From the NCBI RefSeq assembly GCF_009914755.1, contig NC_060938.1: 64,000 bases of DNA; one strand, given 5' to 3'. The notes under the pieces are model-generated. The model was not told the origin of the DNA and did no database searches. It saw only the letters and a list, made by a program, of their open reading frames with translations. The stretch comes from the human T2T-CHM13v2.0 reference genome, Homo sapiens. The stretch's first letter is position 1. Every line of letters begins with the position of its first letter. This document shows positions 24,701 through 40,400 of this stretch, one piece after another. The position numbers were made by a program, and so were the translations under genes.

Positions 24701-27511
24701 CTCAATCAAAAGAAAGTTTCAACTCTGTTAGATGAATGTACACATCACAAAGAACTTTCTCAGAGTTCTTCTGTCTACTTTTTATGTGAAGATATTTCCT
24801 TTTCTACCATAGGCCGCAAAACGCCCCAAATGTCCACTTGCAGATTCTACAAAAAGTGTTTCCAAACTGCTCAATCAAAAGAAAGTTTCAACTCTGTGAG
24901 ATGAACGCACACATCACAAAGAAGTTTCTCAGGTTGCTTCTGTCTAGATTTTATGTGAAGATATTTCCTTTTCTTACATAGGCCAAAAAGGACTCCAAAT
25001 GTCCACTTGCAGATCCTACAAAAAGAGAGTTTCAAAACTGCTCTATCAAAAGAAAGGTTTAAATCTGTGAGATGAATGCACACATCACAAAGAAGTTCCT
25101 TAGGTTTCTTCTGTCTAGTATTTATGTGAAGATATTTCCTTTTCTACCATGGACTGCAAAGTAATCTAAATGTCTACTTGCACATTCTACAAAAAGTGAG
25201 TTTCAAATCTGCACTATCAAAAGAAAAAGTTTAACTCTGAGAGATGAATGCCCACATCACAAAGAAGTTTCTCAGATGGCTTCTGTCTAGATTTTATATG
25301 AAGATATGTCCTTTTCTACAATAGGCCACAAAGCTCTCCAAATGTCCACTTGCAGATACTACAAAAAGAGTGTTTCCATACTGCTCAATCAAAAGAAAAT
25401 TTCAACTCTGTAAGATGAACGCACACCTCACGAAGTAGTTTCTGAAATTTCTTCTGTATAGATTTTATCTGAAGATATTTCGTTTTCCACCATAGGCTTC
25501 AAGGCATTTCAAATATATAGTTGCAGATTCTACAAAAAGAGAGTTTCAAAACTGCTCAATCATAAGTAAGGTTTAACTCTGTGAGATGAACACACACGTC
25601 ACAAAGAAGTTTCTCAGATTGCTTCTGTCAATATTTTATGTGAAGATATTTCCTTTTCTACCATAGGCCACAAAGCTCTCCAAATGTCCACTAGCAGATT
25701 CTACAAAAAGAGTGTTTCCAAACTGCTCAATCAAAAGAAAGTTTCAACTCTGTGAGATGAACGCTCTACCTTACAATGAGTTTCTCAGAATTCTTCTGTC
25801 TGGTTCTTATGTGAAGATATTTTCTTTTCCACAATAGGCTTCTAAGCACTCCAAATGTCCACTTGCATATTCTACAAAAAGAGAGTTTCAAAACTCCTCA
25901 ATCAAAAGAAAGCTTTACCTCTTTGAGTTGAATGCTCACATCACAAAGAAGTTTCTCAGATTGCTTCTGTCTAGATTTTATTTGAAGATATTTCCTTTTC
26001 TGCCATAGGCCACAAAGTTCTCCAAATGTCCACTTGCAGATTCTACAAAAAGAGTGTTTCCTTACTGCTCATTCTAAAGAAAGGTTCACCATTATGAAAT
26101 AAACACACACATCACAAAGAAGTTTCTCCGAATTCTACTGTCTAGTTTTTATGTGAAGATATTTCCTTTTCCACCATTGGCCACAAAGCGCTCCTGATGT
26201 CCATTTGCAGATTCAACCAAAAGAGATACTCAAAACTGCTCAAACAAAAGAAAATTTTATCTCTGTGAGATGAATACACCCATCACAAAGAAGTTTCTCA
26301 GATTGCTTCTGTTTAGATTTTATGTGAAGATATTTCCCTTTCTACCATAGGCCACATTGTGCTCCGTATGTCTACTTGCAGATCCTACAAAAAGAGGGTT
26401 TCCGAACTGCTCAATCTAAAGTATGGTTCAACTCTATGAGATGAACGCACACATCACAAAGAAGTTTCTCAGAATTCTTCTATCTAGTTTTTATGGGAAG
26501 ATATTTCCTTTTCCACCATAGGCCACCTAGTGCTCCAAATGTCTACTTGCAGATTCTACAAAAAGAGAGTTTCAAAACTGCTCAATCAAAAAAAATTTTA
26601 ACTATGTGACATGAATGCACACATCACAAAGTAGTTTCTCAGATTGCTTCTGTCTGGAATTTATGTGAACATATTACCTTTTCTACAATAGGCCGCAAAG
26701 CGCTCCAAATGTCCACTTGCAGATTCTACAAAAAGAGTGATTCCAAACTGCTCAATCAAAAGAAAGGTTCAAATCTGTGAGATGAATGCAGATATCACAA
26801 AGAAGTTTCTCAGAATTCTTCTGTCTGGTTTTTATGTGAAGATATTACCTTTTCCACCATGGGCCTCAAAGCACTTCCAATGTACACTTGCAGATTCCAC
26901 AAAAGGGAGTTTCTAAACTTCTGAATCAAAAGGAAGTTTTAACTGTGTGAGATGAATGCACACATCACAAAGAAGTTTCTGAGACTGCTTCTGTCTAGGT
27001 TTCATGTGAAAATAGTTCCTTTTTTACCATAGGCCACAGAGCGCTCCAAATGTGCACTTGAAGATTCTACATTAACAGTGTTTCCAAACTGCTCCATCAA
27101 AAGAGAGGTTCAACTCTGTGAAAAGAACGCACACATCACAAAGAAGTATGCCGGAATTCTTCAGTCTAGTTTTTATGTTGAAGATACTACCTTTTCCACC
27201 ATAGGCCTCAAAGCGCTCCAATGTACACTTGCAGATTCTACAAAAAGAGAGTTTCAAAACTGCTTTATCAAAAGAAAGGTTTAACTCTGTGATATGAATG
27301 CATATATTATAAAGAAGTTTATCAGATTTCTTCTGTCTAAATTTGATGTGAAGATATTTCCTTTTCTACCATTGGCTACAAAGTGATCCAAATGTCCACT
27401 TGCAGATTCTACAAAAAGAGTGTTTCCTAACTGCTCAATCAAAAGAAAGGTTGAACTCGGTGAGGTGAATGCACACATCACAACAAAGTTTCTCAGAATT
27501 TTTCTGTCTAG
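21721..27511 (-). repeat. Alpha-satellite, transitional Z monomers (~21720-22050) then dimeric layer Y
   Basis: CTGTCTAGATTTT / CTGTCTAGTTTTT alternation with CCAAATGTCCAC, ending at the L1 poly(T). Confidence 0.93.
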
Positions 27512-27521
27512 TTTTTTTTTT

Positions 27522-27564
27522 AAAAGCAGTTTGGGTTTTATTTCTTTTTTTATGTTCATAGAAG
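27522..27564 (-). other. Putative 43-bp L1 3' transduction with its own AATAAA
   Basis: Minus strand reads (AATA)n tail, then CTTCTATGAACATAAAAAAAGAAATAAAACCCAAACTGCTTTT, then A10. The AATAAA at 27537-27542 lies 15 nt before the terminal poly(A). Confidence 0.7.
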
Positions 27565-27567
27565 TAT

Positions 27568-27598
<31 letters not shown>

Positions 27599-27600
27599 TT
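27565..27600 (+). repeat. (TATT)9 microsatellite derived from the L1 A-tail
   Basis: TATTTATTTATT... immediately abutting the L1 3' terminus. Confidence 0.92.
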
Positions 27601-27802
27601 ATACTTTAGGTTTTAGGGTACATGTGCACAATGTTCAGGTTAGTTACATATGTATACATGTGACATGCTGGTTCGCTGCACCCATTAACTCATCATCTAG
27701 CATTAGGTATATCTCCCAATGCTATCCCTCCCCCCTTTCCCCACCCCACAACAGTACCCAGAGTGTGATGTTCCCCTTCCTGTGTCCATGTGTTCTCATT
27801 GT

Positions 27803-31624
<3,822 letters not shown>

Positions 31625-31687
31625 GATGATGTTAGCTGGTTATTTTGCTCGTTAGTTGATGCAGTTTCTTCCTAGTCTCGAAGGTCT

Positions 31688-32704
31688 TTACATTTTGGCA
31701 TGATTTTGCAGCGGCTGGTACCAGTTGTTCCTCTCCATGTTTAGTGCTTCCTTCAGGAGCTCTTTTAGGGTAGGCCTGGTGGTGACAAAATCTCTCAGTG
31801 TTTGCTTGTCTGTAAAGTATTTTATTTCTCCTTCACTTATGAAGTTTAGTTTGTCTGGATATGAAATTCTGGGTTGAAAATTCTTTTCTTTAAGAATGTT
31901 GAATATTGGCCCCCACTATCTTCTGGCTTGTAGAGTTTCTGCAGAGGGATCTGCTGTTAGTCTAATGGGCTTTCCTTTGAGGGTAACCCGACCTTTCTCT
32001 TTGGCTTCCCTTAACATTTTTTCATTCATTTCAACTTTGGTGAATCTGACAATTATGTGTCTTGGAGTTGCTCATCTCGAGGAGTATCTTTGTGGCATTC
32101 TCTGTATTTCCTGAATCTGAATGTTGGCCTGTCTCGCTAGATTGGGGAAGTTCTCCTGGATAATATTCTGCAGAGTGTTTTCCAACTTGGTTCCATTCTC
32201 CCCGTCACTTTCAGGTACACCAATGAGACGTAGATTTGGTCTTTTCTCATAGTCCCATATTTCCTGGAGGCTTTGCTTGTTTCTTTTTATTCTTTTTTCT
32301 CTAAACTTCCCATCTTGCTTCATTTCATTCACTTCATCTTCCATTGTTGATACCCTTTCTTCCAGTTGATTGCATTGGCTCCTGAGGCTTCTGCATTCTT
32401 CATGTACTTCTCGAGCCTTGGCTTTAAGCTCCATCAGCTCCTTTAAGCACTTCTCTGTATTTGTTATTCTAGTTATACATCCTTCTAAATTTTTTTCAAC
32501 GTTTTCAACTTCTTTGCCTTTGGTTTGAGTGTTCTCCTGCAGCTCGGAGTAGTTTGATCATCTGAAGCCTTCTTCTCTCAGCTAGTCAAAGTCATTCTCC
32601 GTCCAGCTTTGTTCCATTCCTGGTGAGGAACTGCGTTCCTTTGGAGGAGGAGAGGCACTCTACTTTTTAGATTTTCCAGTTTTTCTGCTCTGATTTTTCC
32701 CCAT
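31688..32704 (-). pseudogene. L1 ORF1: L1 ORF1 (RNA-binding chaperone) with nonsense mutations
   Basis: ATGGGGAAAAATCAGAGCAGA at 32704 to ...GCCAAAATGTAA at 31688 spans 1017 nt, the canonical length. In-frame stops occur at 32660-32662 (TAG), 32582-32584 (TAG) and 32072-32074 (TGA). Confidence 0.95.
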
Positions 32705-33611
32705 CTTTGTGGTTTTATCTACTTTTGGTCTTTGATGATGGTGATGTACTGATGGGTTTTTGTTGTGGATGTCCTTTCTGTTTGTTAGTTTTCCTTCTAA
32801 CAAACAGAACCCTCAGCTGCACGTCTGTTGGAGTACCTGGCCGTGTGAGGTGTCAGTCTGCCCCTGCTGGGGGGTGCCTCCCAGTTAGGCTGCTCTGGGT
32901 TCAGGGGTCAGGGCCTCACTTGAGGAGGCAGTCTGCCCATTCTCATATCTCCAGCTGCGTGCTGGGAGAACCACTGCTCTCTTGAAAGCTGTCAGACAGC
33001 AACATTTAAGTCTGCAGAGGTTACTGCTGTCTTTTTGTTTGTCTGTGTCCTGTCCCCAGAGGTGGAGCCTACAGAGGCAGGCAGGCCTCCTTGAGTTGTG
33101 GTGGGCTCCACCCAGTTCCAGCTTCCCGGCTGCTTTGTTTACCTAAGCAAGCTTGGGCAATGGCGGGTACCCCTTCCCCAGCCTCTCTGCCTCCTTGCAG
33201 TTTGATCTCAGACAGCTGTGCTAGCAATCAGCAAGACTCTATGTGTGTAGGACCCTCTGAGCCAGGTGTGGGATATAATCTCCTCATGTGCAATTTTTTA
33301 TGTCCGTGGGAAAAGCACAGTATACGGGTGGGAGTGACCCGATTTTCCAGTTGCCGTCTGTCAACCCTTTCTTTGACTAGGAAAGGGAACTCCCTGACCC
33401 CTAGTGCTTCCCGAGTGAGGCAATGCCTTGGCCTGCTTCGGCTCTTGCATGGTGCGTGCACCCACTGACCTGCTCCCACTGTCTGGCACTCACTAGTGAG
33501 ATGAACCTGGTACCTCAGATGGAAATGCAGGAATCACCCGTCTTCTGCGTCGCTCATGCCGGGAGCTGTGGACTGGAGCTATTCCTATTCGGTCATCTTG
33601 GCTCCTTTCCC
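32705..33611 (-). promoter_or_regulatory. L1 5'UTR with internal sense promoter and antisense promoter; YY1 motif mutated
   Basis: About 907 bp of GC-rich 5'UTR. The YY1 site at 33591-33600 reads CAAGATGACC instead of CAAGATGGCC, and many CpGs have decayed to TpG/CpA. Confidence 0.85.
33160..33468 (+). CDS. ORF0: L1 antisense ORF0 homolog, open, 102 codons (expression unknown)
   Basis: ATG at 33160 in GCAATGG context. The translation MAGTPSPASLPPCSLISDSCASNQQDSMCVGPSEPGVGY...IRVGVTRFS matches primate L1 ORF0 (MAGAPPPASLPPCSLISDCCASNQRDSVGVGPSEPGVGY...). Confidence 0.6.
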   Translation: MAGTPSPASLPPCSLISDSCASNQQDSMCVGPSEPGVGYNLLMCNFLCPWEKHSIRVGVTRFSSCRLSTLSLTRKGNSLTPSASRVRQCLGLLRLLHGACTH

Positions 33612-34490
33612 GGAACACTCTCTTTGTAGAATCTGCAAGTGGACATTTGGAGCACTTTGAGGCCTATGGTGGATAACAAAATATCTTCATATGATAACTT
33701 GACAGAAGCATTCTAAGAAACTTCTTTGTGATGTATGTACTCGTCCCACAGAGTTGAACCTTTCTTTTGATTTAGCAGTCTGGAAGCACTCTTTTTGTAA
33801 AATCTGCAAGTGGACATTTTGTGCACTTTTAGGCCTATGGTAAAAAGGAAATATCTTCACATAAAAACTAGACAGAAGCATTTTGATAACTTTCTTTGCA
33901 ATATGTGCATTCACATCACAGAGTTGAGCCTTAATTTGATTTAGCAGTTTTGAAGCACCCTTTTGATAATACCTGTGATTGGACATTTGGAGTGCTTTGA
34001 TGCCTTTGGTGGAAAAGGAAATATCTTCACATAAGAACTAGACAGACGCATTCTGACAAACTTCTTTGTGATGTGTGCATTCATCTCAGATAGTTGAACA
34101 TTTATTTTGATTGAACAGCTTTGAAAACCTCTTTTGTGGAATCTGCAAGTGGACATTGGGAGTGCTTTGAGACCTATGGTAGAAAAGAAAATATCTTCAC
34201 ATAAAAACTAGACAGAAGCATTCTGACAAACATCTTTGTGATGTGTGCATTCATCTCACAGAGTTGAACCTAACTTTTGACTGAGCAGTTTTGAAACACT
34301 CTTTTTGTAGAATCTACAAGTGGACATTTAGAGTGCTTTGAGGCCTATGGTGGATAAAGAAATATCATCACACAAAATATAGACAGAAGCAATCTTGGAA
34401 ATTTCTTTGTGATGTGTGCATTCATCTCACAGAGTTAAACCTTTCTTTTGATTGAGCAGTTTTGAAACACTCTTTCTGTAGAATCTGCAA
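33612..34490 (+). repeat. Alpha-satellite, transitional Z-type monomers (plus orientation)
   Basis: About 5 monomers with AAAACTAGACAGAAGCATTCTG and GTGGACATTTGG. Orientation is opposite to the array left of the L1. Confidence 0.88.
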
Positions 34491-37400
34491 GTGGATATTC
34501 GGAGTGCTTTGAGGCCTATGGTGGAAAAGGTAATATCTTCACATAAAAACTACGCAGAAACATTCTAAGAAAGTTCTTTGTGATGTGTGCATTCAACTCT
34601 AAGATTTGAACCTATCTTTTGACTGAGCTGTTTTGAAACATTCTTTTTGTAGAATCTGCAAGGGGATATTTAGAGCGATTTGAGGCCTATTGTGGAAAAG
34701 GAAATATCGTCACATAAAAACTACAGAAAAGCATTCTACGAAAGTTATTTGTGATGTGTGCATTCAATTCTCAGAGTTGAACCTATCTTTTGATAGAGCA
34801 GTTTTGAAACTCTCTTTTTGTAGAATTTGCAAGTGGATATTTGGATTCCTTTGCGGCCTACAGTGGAAAAGGAAATATCTTAACATAAAAACTACACAGA
34901 AGCATTCTGAGAAACTACTTTGTGATGTGTGCATTCACATCACAGTGTTGAACATTTCTTTTGATTGTGCAGTTTGGAGACACTCTTTTACTAGTATCTG
35001 CAAGTGGATATTTCGAGCCCTTGTAGGCCTATTGTGGAAAAGGAAATATCTTCACATAAAAACTACACAGAAGCATTTTGAGAAACTCCTGTGTGATGTG
35101 TGAATTCATCTTACAGACTTGAACCTGTCTTTTGATTGACCAGTTTTGAAACACTCTTTTTGTAGAATCTGCAAGTGGATATTTGCATCACTTTGAGGCC
35201 TATGGTGGAAAAGGAAATATCTTCCCAAAAAACCTACACAGAAGCATTCTCAGAAACTTCTTTGTGATGTGTGCGTTCATCTCACAGAGTTGAAACTTTC
35301 TTTTGATTGAGCAGTTTAGAAACACTCTTTCATAGAATCTGCAAGTGCATACTTGGAGCGTTTTGAGGCACATGGTGGAAAAGGAAATATCTTCCCATAA
35401 AAACTACAAAGAAGCATTCTGAGAAACTTCTTTATGATATGTGCATTGAACGCAGAGAGTTGAATCTATCTTCTGATACAGCAATTTTTAAAATCACTTT
35501 TTGTAGAATCTGGAAGTGGATATTTGGAGCGTTTTTTATCCTATGGTGGAAAAGGAAATATCTTTCCATAAATGCTACACAGAAGTATTCTGAGGAACTA
35601 CTTTGTGATGTGTGCATTCAAGTCATAGAGCTGAACCTATCTTTTGATAGAGCAGTAGTGAAAATCTCTTTTTGTAGAATCAGCAAGTGGATATTTGGAA
35701 ACCTTTGCAGGCTATGGTGGAAAACTAAATATCTTCTTATAAAAACTTCACAGAAGCATTCTGAGAAACTTTTTTGTGATGTATGCATTCATCTCACGGA
35801 GTTGAACCTCTCTTTCAATTGAGAAGTTTGGAAACACTATTTTTGTAGAATCTGCAAATGGATATATGGAGGGCTTGAGGCCTATTGTGGAAAAGGAAAT
35901 ATCTTCCCATGAAAACTACACAGAGGCATTCTGAGAAACTTCCTTGTGAGGTGTACATTCAACTCACCAATTTGAACATTTCTTTGGATTTAGCAGTTTG
36001 GAAACACTCTTTTTGTAGAATCTGCAAGTAGTTATTTGGATCGATTTGGAGCCTATGTGGGAAAGGAAATATCTTCACATAAAAACTACACAGAAGTATT
36101 CTGAGAAACTTCTTTGTGATGTGTGCATTCACCTCACAGAGTTGAGCCTATCCTTTGATAAAGCAGTTTTGAAACTCTCTTTTTGTAGGATCTGCAAGTG
36201 GATATTTGGAGCCTTTTGCATCCTACGTAGGAAAAGCAAATATCTTCACATAAAAACTACACAGAATCATTCTGAGAAACTTCTTTGTGATGTGTGCATT
36301 CAACTCACAGAGATGAACTTTTCTTTGGATAGAGCAGTTTTCAAACTCTCTTTGTAGAATCTGCAAGTGGATATTTGGAGCCCTTTGCAGCCTAGGTAGG
36401 AAAAGGAAATATCTTCACATCAAAACTACACAGAAGCATTCTGAAAAACTTTGTGATGTGTGCATTCAACTCACAGAGTTGAACTTATCTTTTGACAGAT
36501 CAGTTTTAAAACTCTCCTTTTGTATAATCTGGAAGTGGATATTTGGAGGGCTTTGATGCCTGTGGTGGAAAAGGAAATATCTTCACATAAAAACTACACA
36601 TAAGCCTTCTGAGAAAGTTCTCTGTTATGTGTGCATACATCTCACAGAGTTGAAGATATCTTTTTCATATAGCAGTTTTGAAAATTTCTTTTTGTAGAAT
36701 CTGCAAGTGGATATTTGGAGTCCTTTGCAGCCTACAGTGGAAAACGAAATATCTTCACATAAAAACTACACAGAAGCCTTCTGAGAAACTTCTTTGTGAT
36801 GTGTCCACTCATCTCGCAGAGTTGAACCTTTCATTTGATAGAGCAGTTTTGAAACACTCTTTTTGCAGAATCTGCAAGTGGATATTGGGAGCGCATTGAG
36901 GCTTATGGTGGAAAAGGAACTATCTTCACAGAAAAACTACACGGAAGCATTCTGAGAAACTTCTTTGTGATGTGTGCATTCATCTCACAGAGATGAATCT
37001 ATCTTTTCATAGAGCAGTTTTGAAACTCTCTTTCTGTAGAATCTGCAACTGGATATTTGGAGCCCTTAGCGGCCTATGGTGGAAAAGGAATTATCTTCAC
37101 ATAAAAACTACACAGTATTATTCTGAGAAACTTGTTTGTGATGTGTGCATTCATCTCACAGATTTGAACCCTTCCATCTTTTGAGCAGTTTGTACACACT
37201 CTTTTTGTAAAATCTACAAGTGGATATATGGAGCGCTTTGAGGCCTATTGTGGAAAAGGAAATACCTTCACATAAAACTCCACAGAAGCATTCTGAGAAA
37301 CTTCTTTTTGATGTGTGCATTCATCTCACAGAGTTGAAGATTTCATGTGATTGAGCAGCTTTGAAACACTCTTTTTGTAAAATCTGCCAGTGGATATTTG

Positions 37401-40400
37401 CAGCACTTTGAAGCCTATTGTGGAAAAGGAAATATCTTCCCATAAAAACTACATAGAAACATTCTCAGAAACTTCTTTGTGTTATGTGCATGTATGTAGA
37501 GAGTTGAACCTTTCATTTGATTTAGCAGTTTGCAAACACTCTTTTAGTAGAATCTGCAAGTAGATATTTGAAGCCCTTGGGGCCTATTATGGAAAAGGAA
37601 ATATCTTCACATAAAAACTATGCAAAAGCGTTCTGAGAAACTTCATTGTGATGTGTGCATTCACTTAACAGAGTTGAACCTTTCTTTGAATTAAGCAGTT
37701 TTGAAACACTCTTTCTGTAGAATCTGCAAGTGGATATTTGGAGCACTTTGAGGCCTGTGGTGGAAAAGGAAATATCTTAACATAAAACTACACAGAAGCA
37801 TTCTGAGAAGTTCTTTGTGATGTTTGCATTCAACACACAGAGTTGAACATATATTTTGATAGAGCAGTTTTGAATCTCTCTTTTTGTGGAATCTGCAAAT
37901 CGATATTTGGAGCACTTTGTGGCCTATTGTGGAAAAGGAAATATCTTCACATAAAAACTACATAGAAGCATTCTGAGAAACTAATTTGTGATGTGTGCAC
38001 TTATCTCACATAGTTGAACCTTTCATTTGATACAGCGATTTTGAAACACTCTTTTTGCAGAATCTGCAAGTGGATATTGGGAGCGCATTGAGGCCTATGG
38101 TGGAAAAGGAACTATCTTCACATAAAAACTACACAGAAGCATTCTGAGAAACTTCTTCGTGATGTGTGCGTTCATCTCACAGAAATGAACCTATCTTTTG
38201 ATAGAGCAGTTTTGAAACTCTCTTTTTGTAGAATCTGCGAGTGGATATTTGGAGCCCTTAGAGGCCTATGGTGGAAAAGGAAAAGGAATTATCTTCACAT
38301 AAAAACTACACAGTATCATTCTGAGAAACTTGTTTGTGATGTGTGCATTCATCTCACAGAGTGGAAACTTTCATTTGAATGAGCAGTTTTGAAAAACTCT
38401 TTTTGTAGAATCTGCAAGTGGATATTTGGAGGGCTTAAAGGCCTAATGTTGAAAAGGAAATATCTTCACATTAAATCTACAGAGAAGCATTCAGAGAATC
38501 TTCTTTCTGTTGTGTGCTTTGATCTCACAGTGCTGAACCTGTTTTTTATTCAGAAGTTTGGAAACAGTCTTTTTGCAGAATCTATAAGTGTATATTTGGA
38601 GCACTTTGAGGGCTATGGTGGAGATTGAAATGCCTTCAAGTAAAAACTGCACAATAGCCTTCTCAGAAAATTCTTTGTAATGTGTGCATTCAACTCACAG
38701 AGTTAAACCTATCTTCTGTTAGAGCAGTTTTGAAGCTCTATTTTTTTGGAATTTGCAAGTGGATATTTGGAGCTCTTTGCGGCCTATGGTGGAAAAGGAA
38801 ATATCTTCACATAAAAACTACACAGAAGCATTCTCAGAAAGTGCTTTGTGATGTGTGCATTCATCTCAGAGAGTTGAACCTTTCTTTTGATTGAGCAATT
38901 TTGAAACACTGTTTTTGTAGAATCTGCAAGTGGGTATTTGGAGCGCTTTGAGGCCTATAGTGGAAAAGGAAATATCTTCACAAAAAATCTACGCAGAAGC
39001 ATTCTCAGAAACTTTTTTGTGATGTGTGCATTCATCTCACAGTGTTGAATCTTTCTTTTGATTGAGCAGTTTGGAAACACACTTTTTGTAGAATCTGTAA
39101 GTGGATATTTAGAGCGCTTTGAGGCCTATGTTGGAAAAGGAAATATCTTCCCCTAAAAACGACACAGAAGCATTCCGAGAATCTTCTTATTGATGTGTGA
39201 ATTGAACTCACAGAGTTGAACCCATCTTTAGATAGAGCAGTTTTGAAACTCTCTTTTTGTAGAATCCGCAAGTGAATATTTGGAGTCCTTTGTGGACGAT
39301 GGTGGAAAAGGAAATATCTTCATATAAAAATTACACAGAAGCATTCTGAGAAACTTTTGTGTGATGTGTGCATTCAAATCACAGTGTTGATCCTATCTTT
39401 TGATACAGCAGTTTTGAAACTCTCTTTTTGTAGAATCTTCAAGTGGATATTTGAAGCCCTTTGTGGCCTAAGGTGGAAAAAAATCTTCACATAAAAACTA
39501 CATAGAAGCATTCTGACGAACTTTTTTGTGATGTTAGCGTTCAACTCACAGTGTTGAACTAGTCTCTTGATAGAGCAGTTTTGAAACACGCTGTTTGTAG
39601 AATCTGCAAGTGGATGTTTGGAGTGCTTTGAGTCCTGTTGTGGAAAAGGCAATATCTTCACATAAAAACTACACAGTGGCATTCTGAGAAACTTCTTTGT
39701 AATGTGTGCATTCAACTGACAGAGTTGCAGCTGTCTTTTGGTGGAGCAGTTTTGAAACTCCCTTTTTGTAGGATCTGCAAGTAGATATCTGGAGCCCTTT
39801 ACGACCTTCTGTGGAAAAATAAATATCTTCACATTAAAGCTACTCAGAAGCATTCTGAGGAACTTCTTATTGATGTGTGCTTTCATCTCAGAGAGTTGAA
39901 TATTTCTTTTGATGAGCAGTTTGGGATCACAGTTTTTGTAGAATCTGCAAGTGGATATTTGGAGCGCTTTGTGTCCTATGGTGGAAAAGGAAATATCTTC
40001 AGATAAAAACTAAACAGAAGCATTCATAGAAATTTCTTTGTCATGTGTGCATTCATCTCACAGAATTGAAACTTTCTTTTGATTGAGTAGCTTTGAAACA
40101 AACTTTATGTACAATCTGCAAGTGGATACTTGGAGAGCTTTGAGGCCTATGGTGGAAAAGAAAATATCTTCTCTAAAAACTACACAGAAACTTTCAGAGA
40201 AACTTCTTTGTGATGTGTGCATTCATCTAAACTGTTGAACCTTTCCTTTGATTGAGCAGTTTTGAAACACTCTTTTTGTAGAATGTGCAAGTGGATATTT
40301 GGAGCGATTTGGGGCCTATTGTGGAAATTGAAATATCTTCCCATAAATCTACACAGAAGCATTCTGAGAAACTTCTTTTTGATGTGTGCATTCAACTCAG

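Noticed and set aside
528-27284. Many 60-110 aa ORFs with recurring motifs (MNAHITKKFLR, YVKIFPFPP, KYPLADSTKR)
   Set aside because: These are translations of alpha-satellite. The 171-bp period equals 57 codons, so frames repeat. Stops are random and there is no gene structure.
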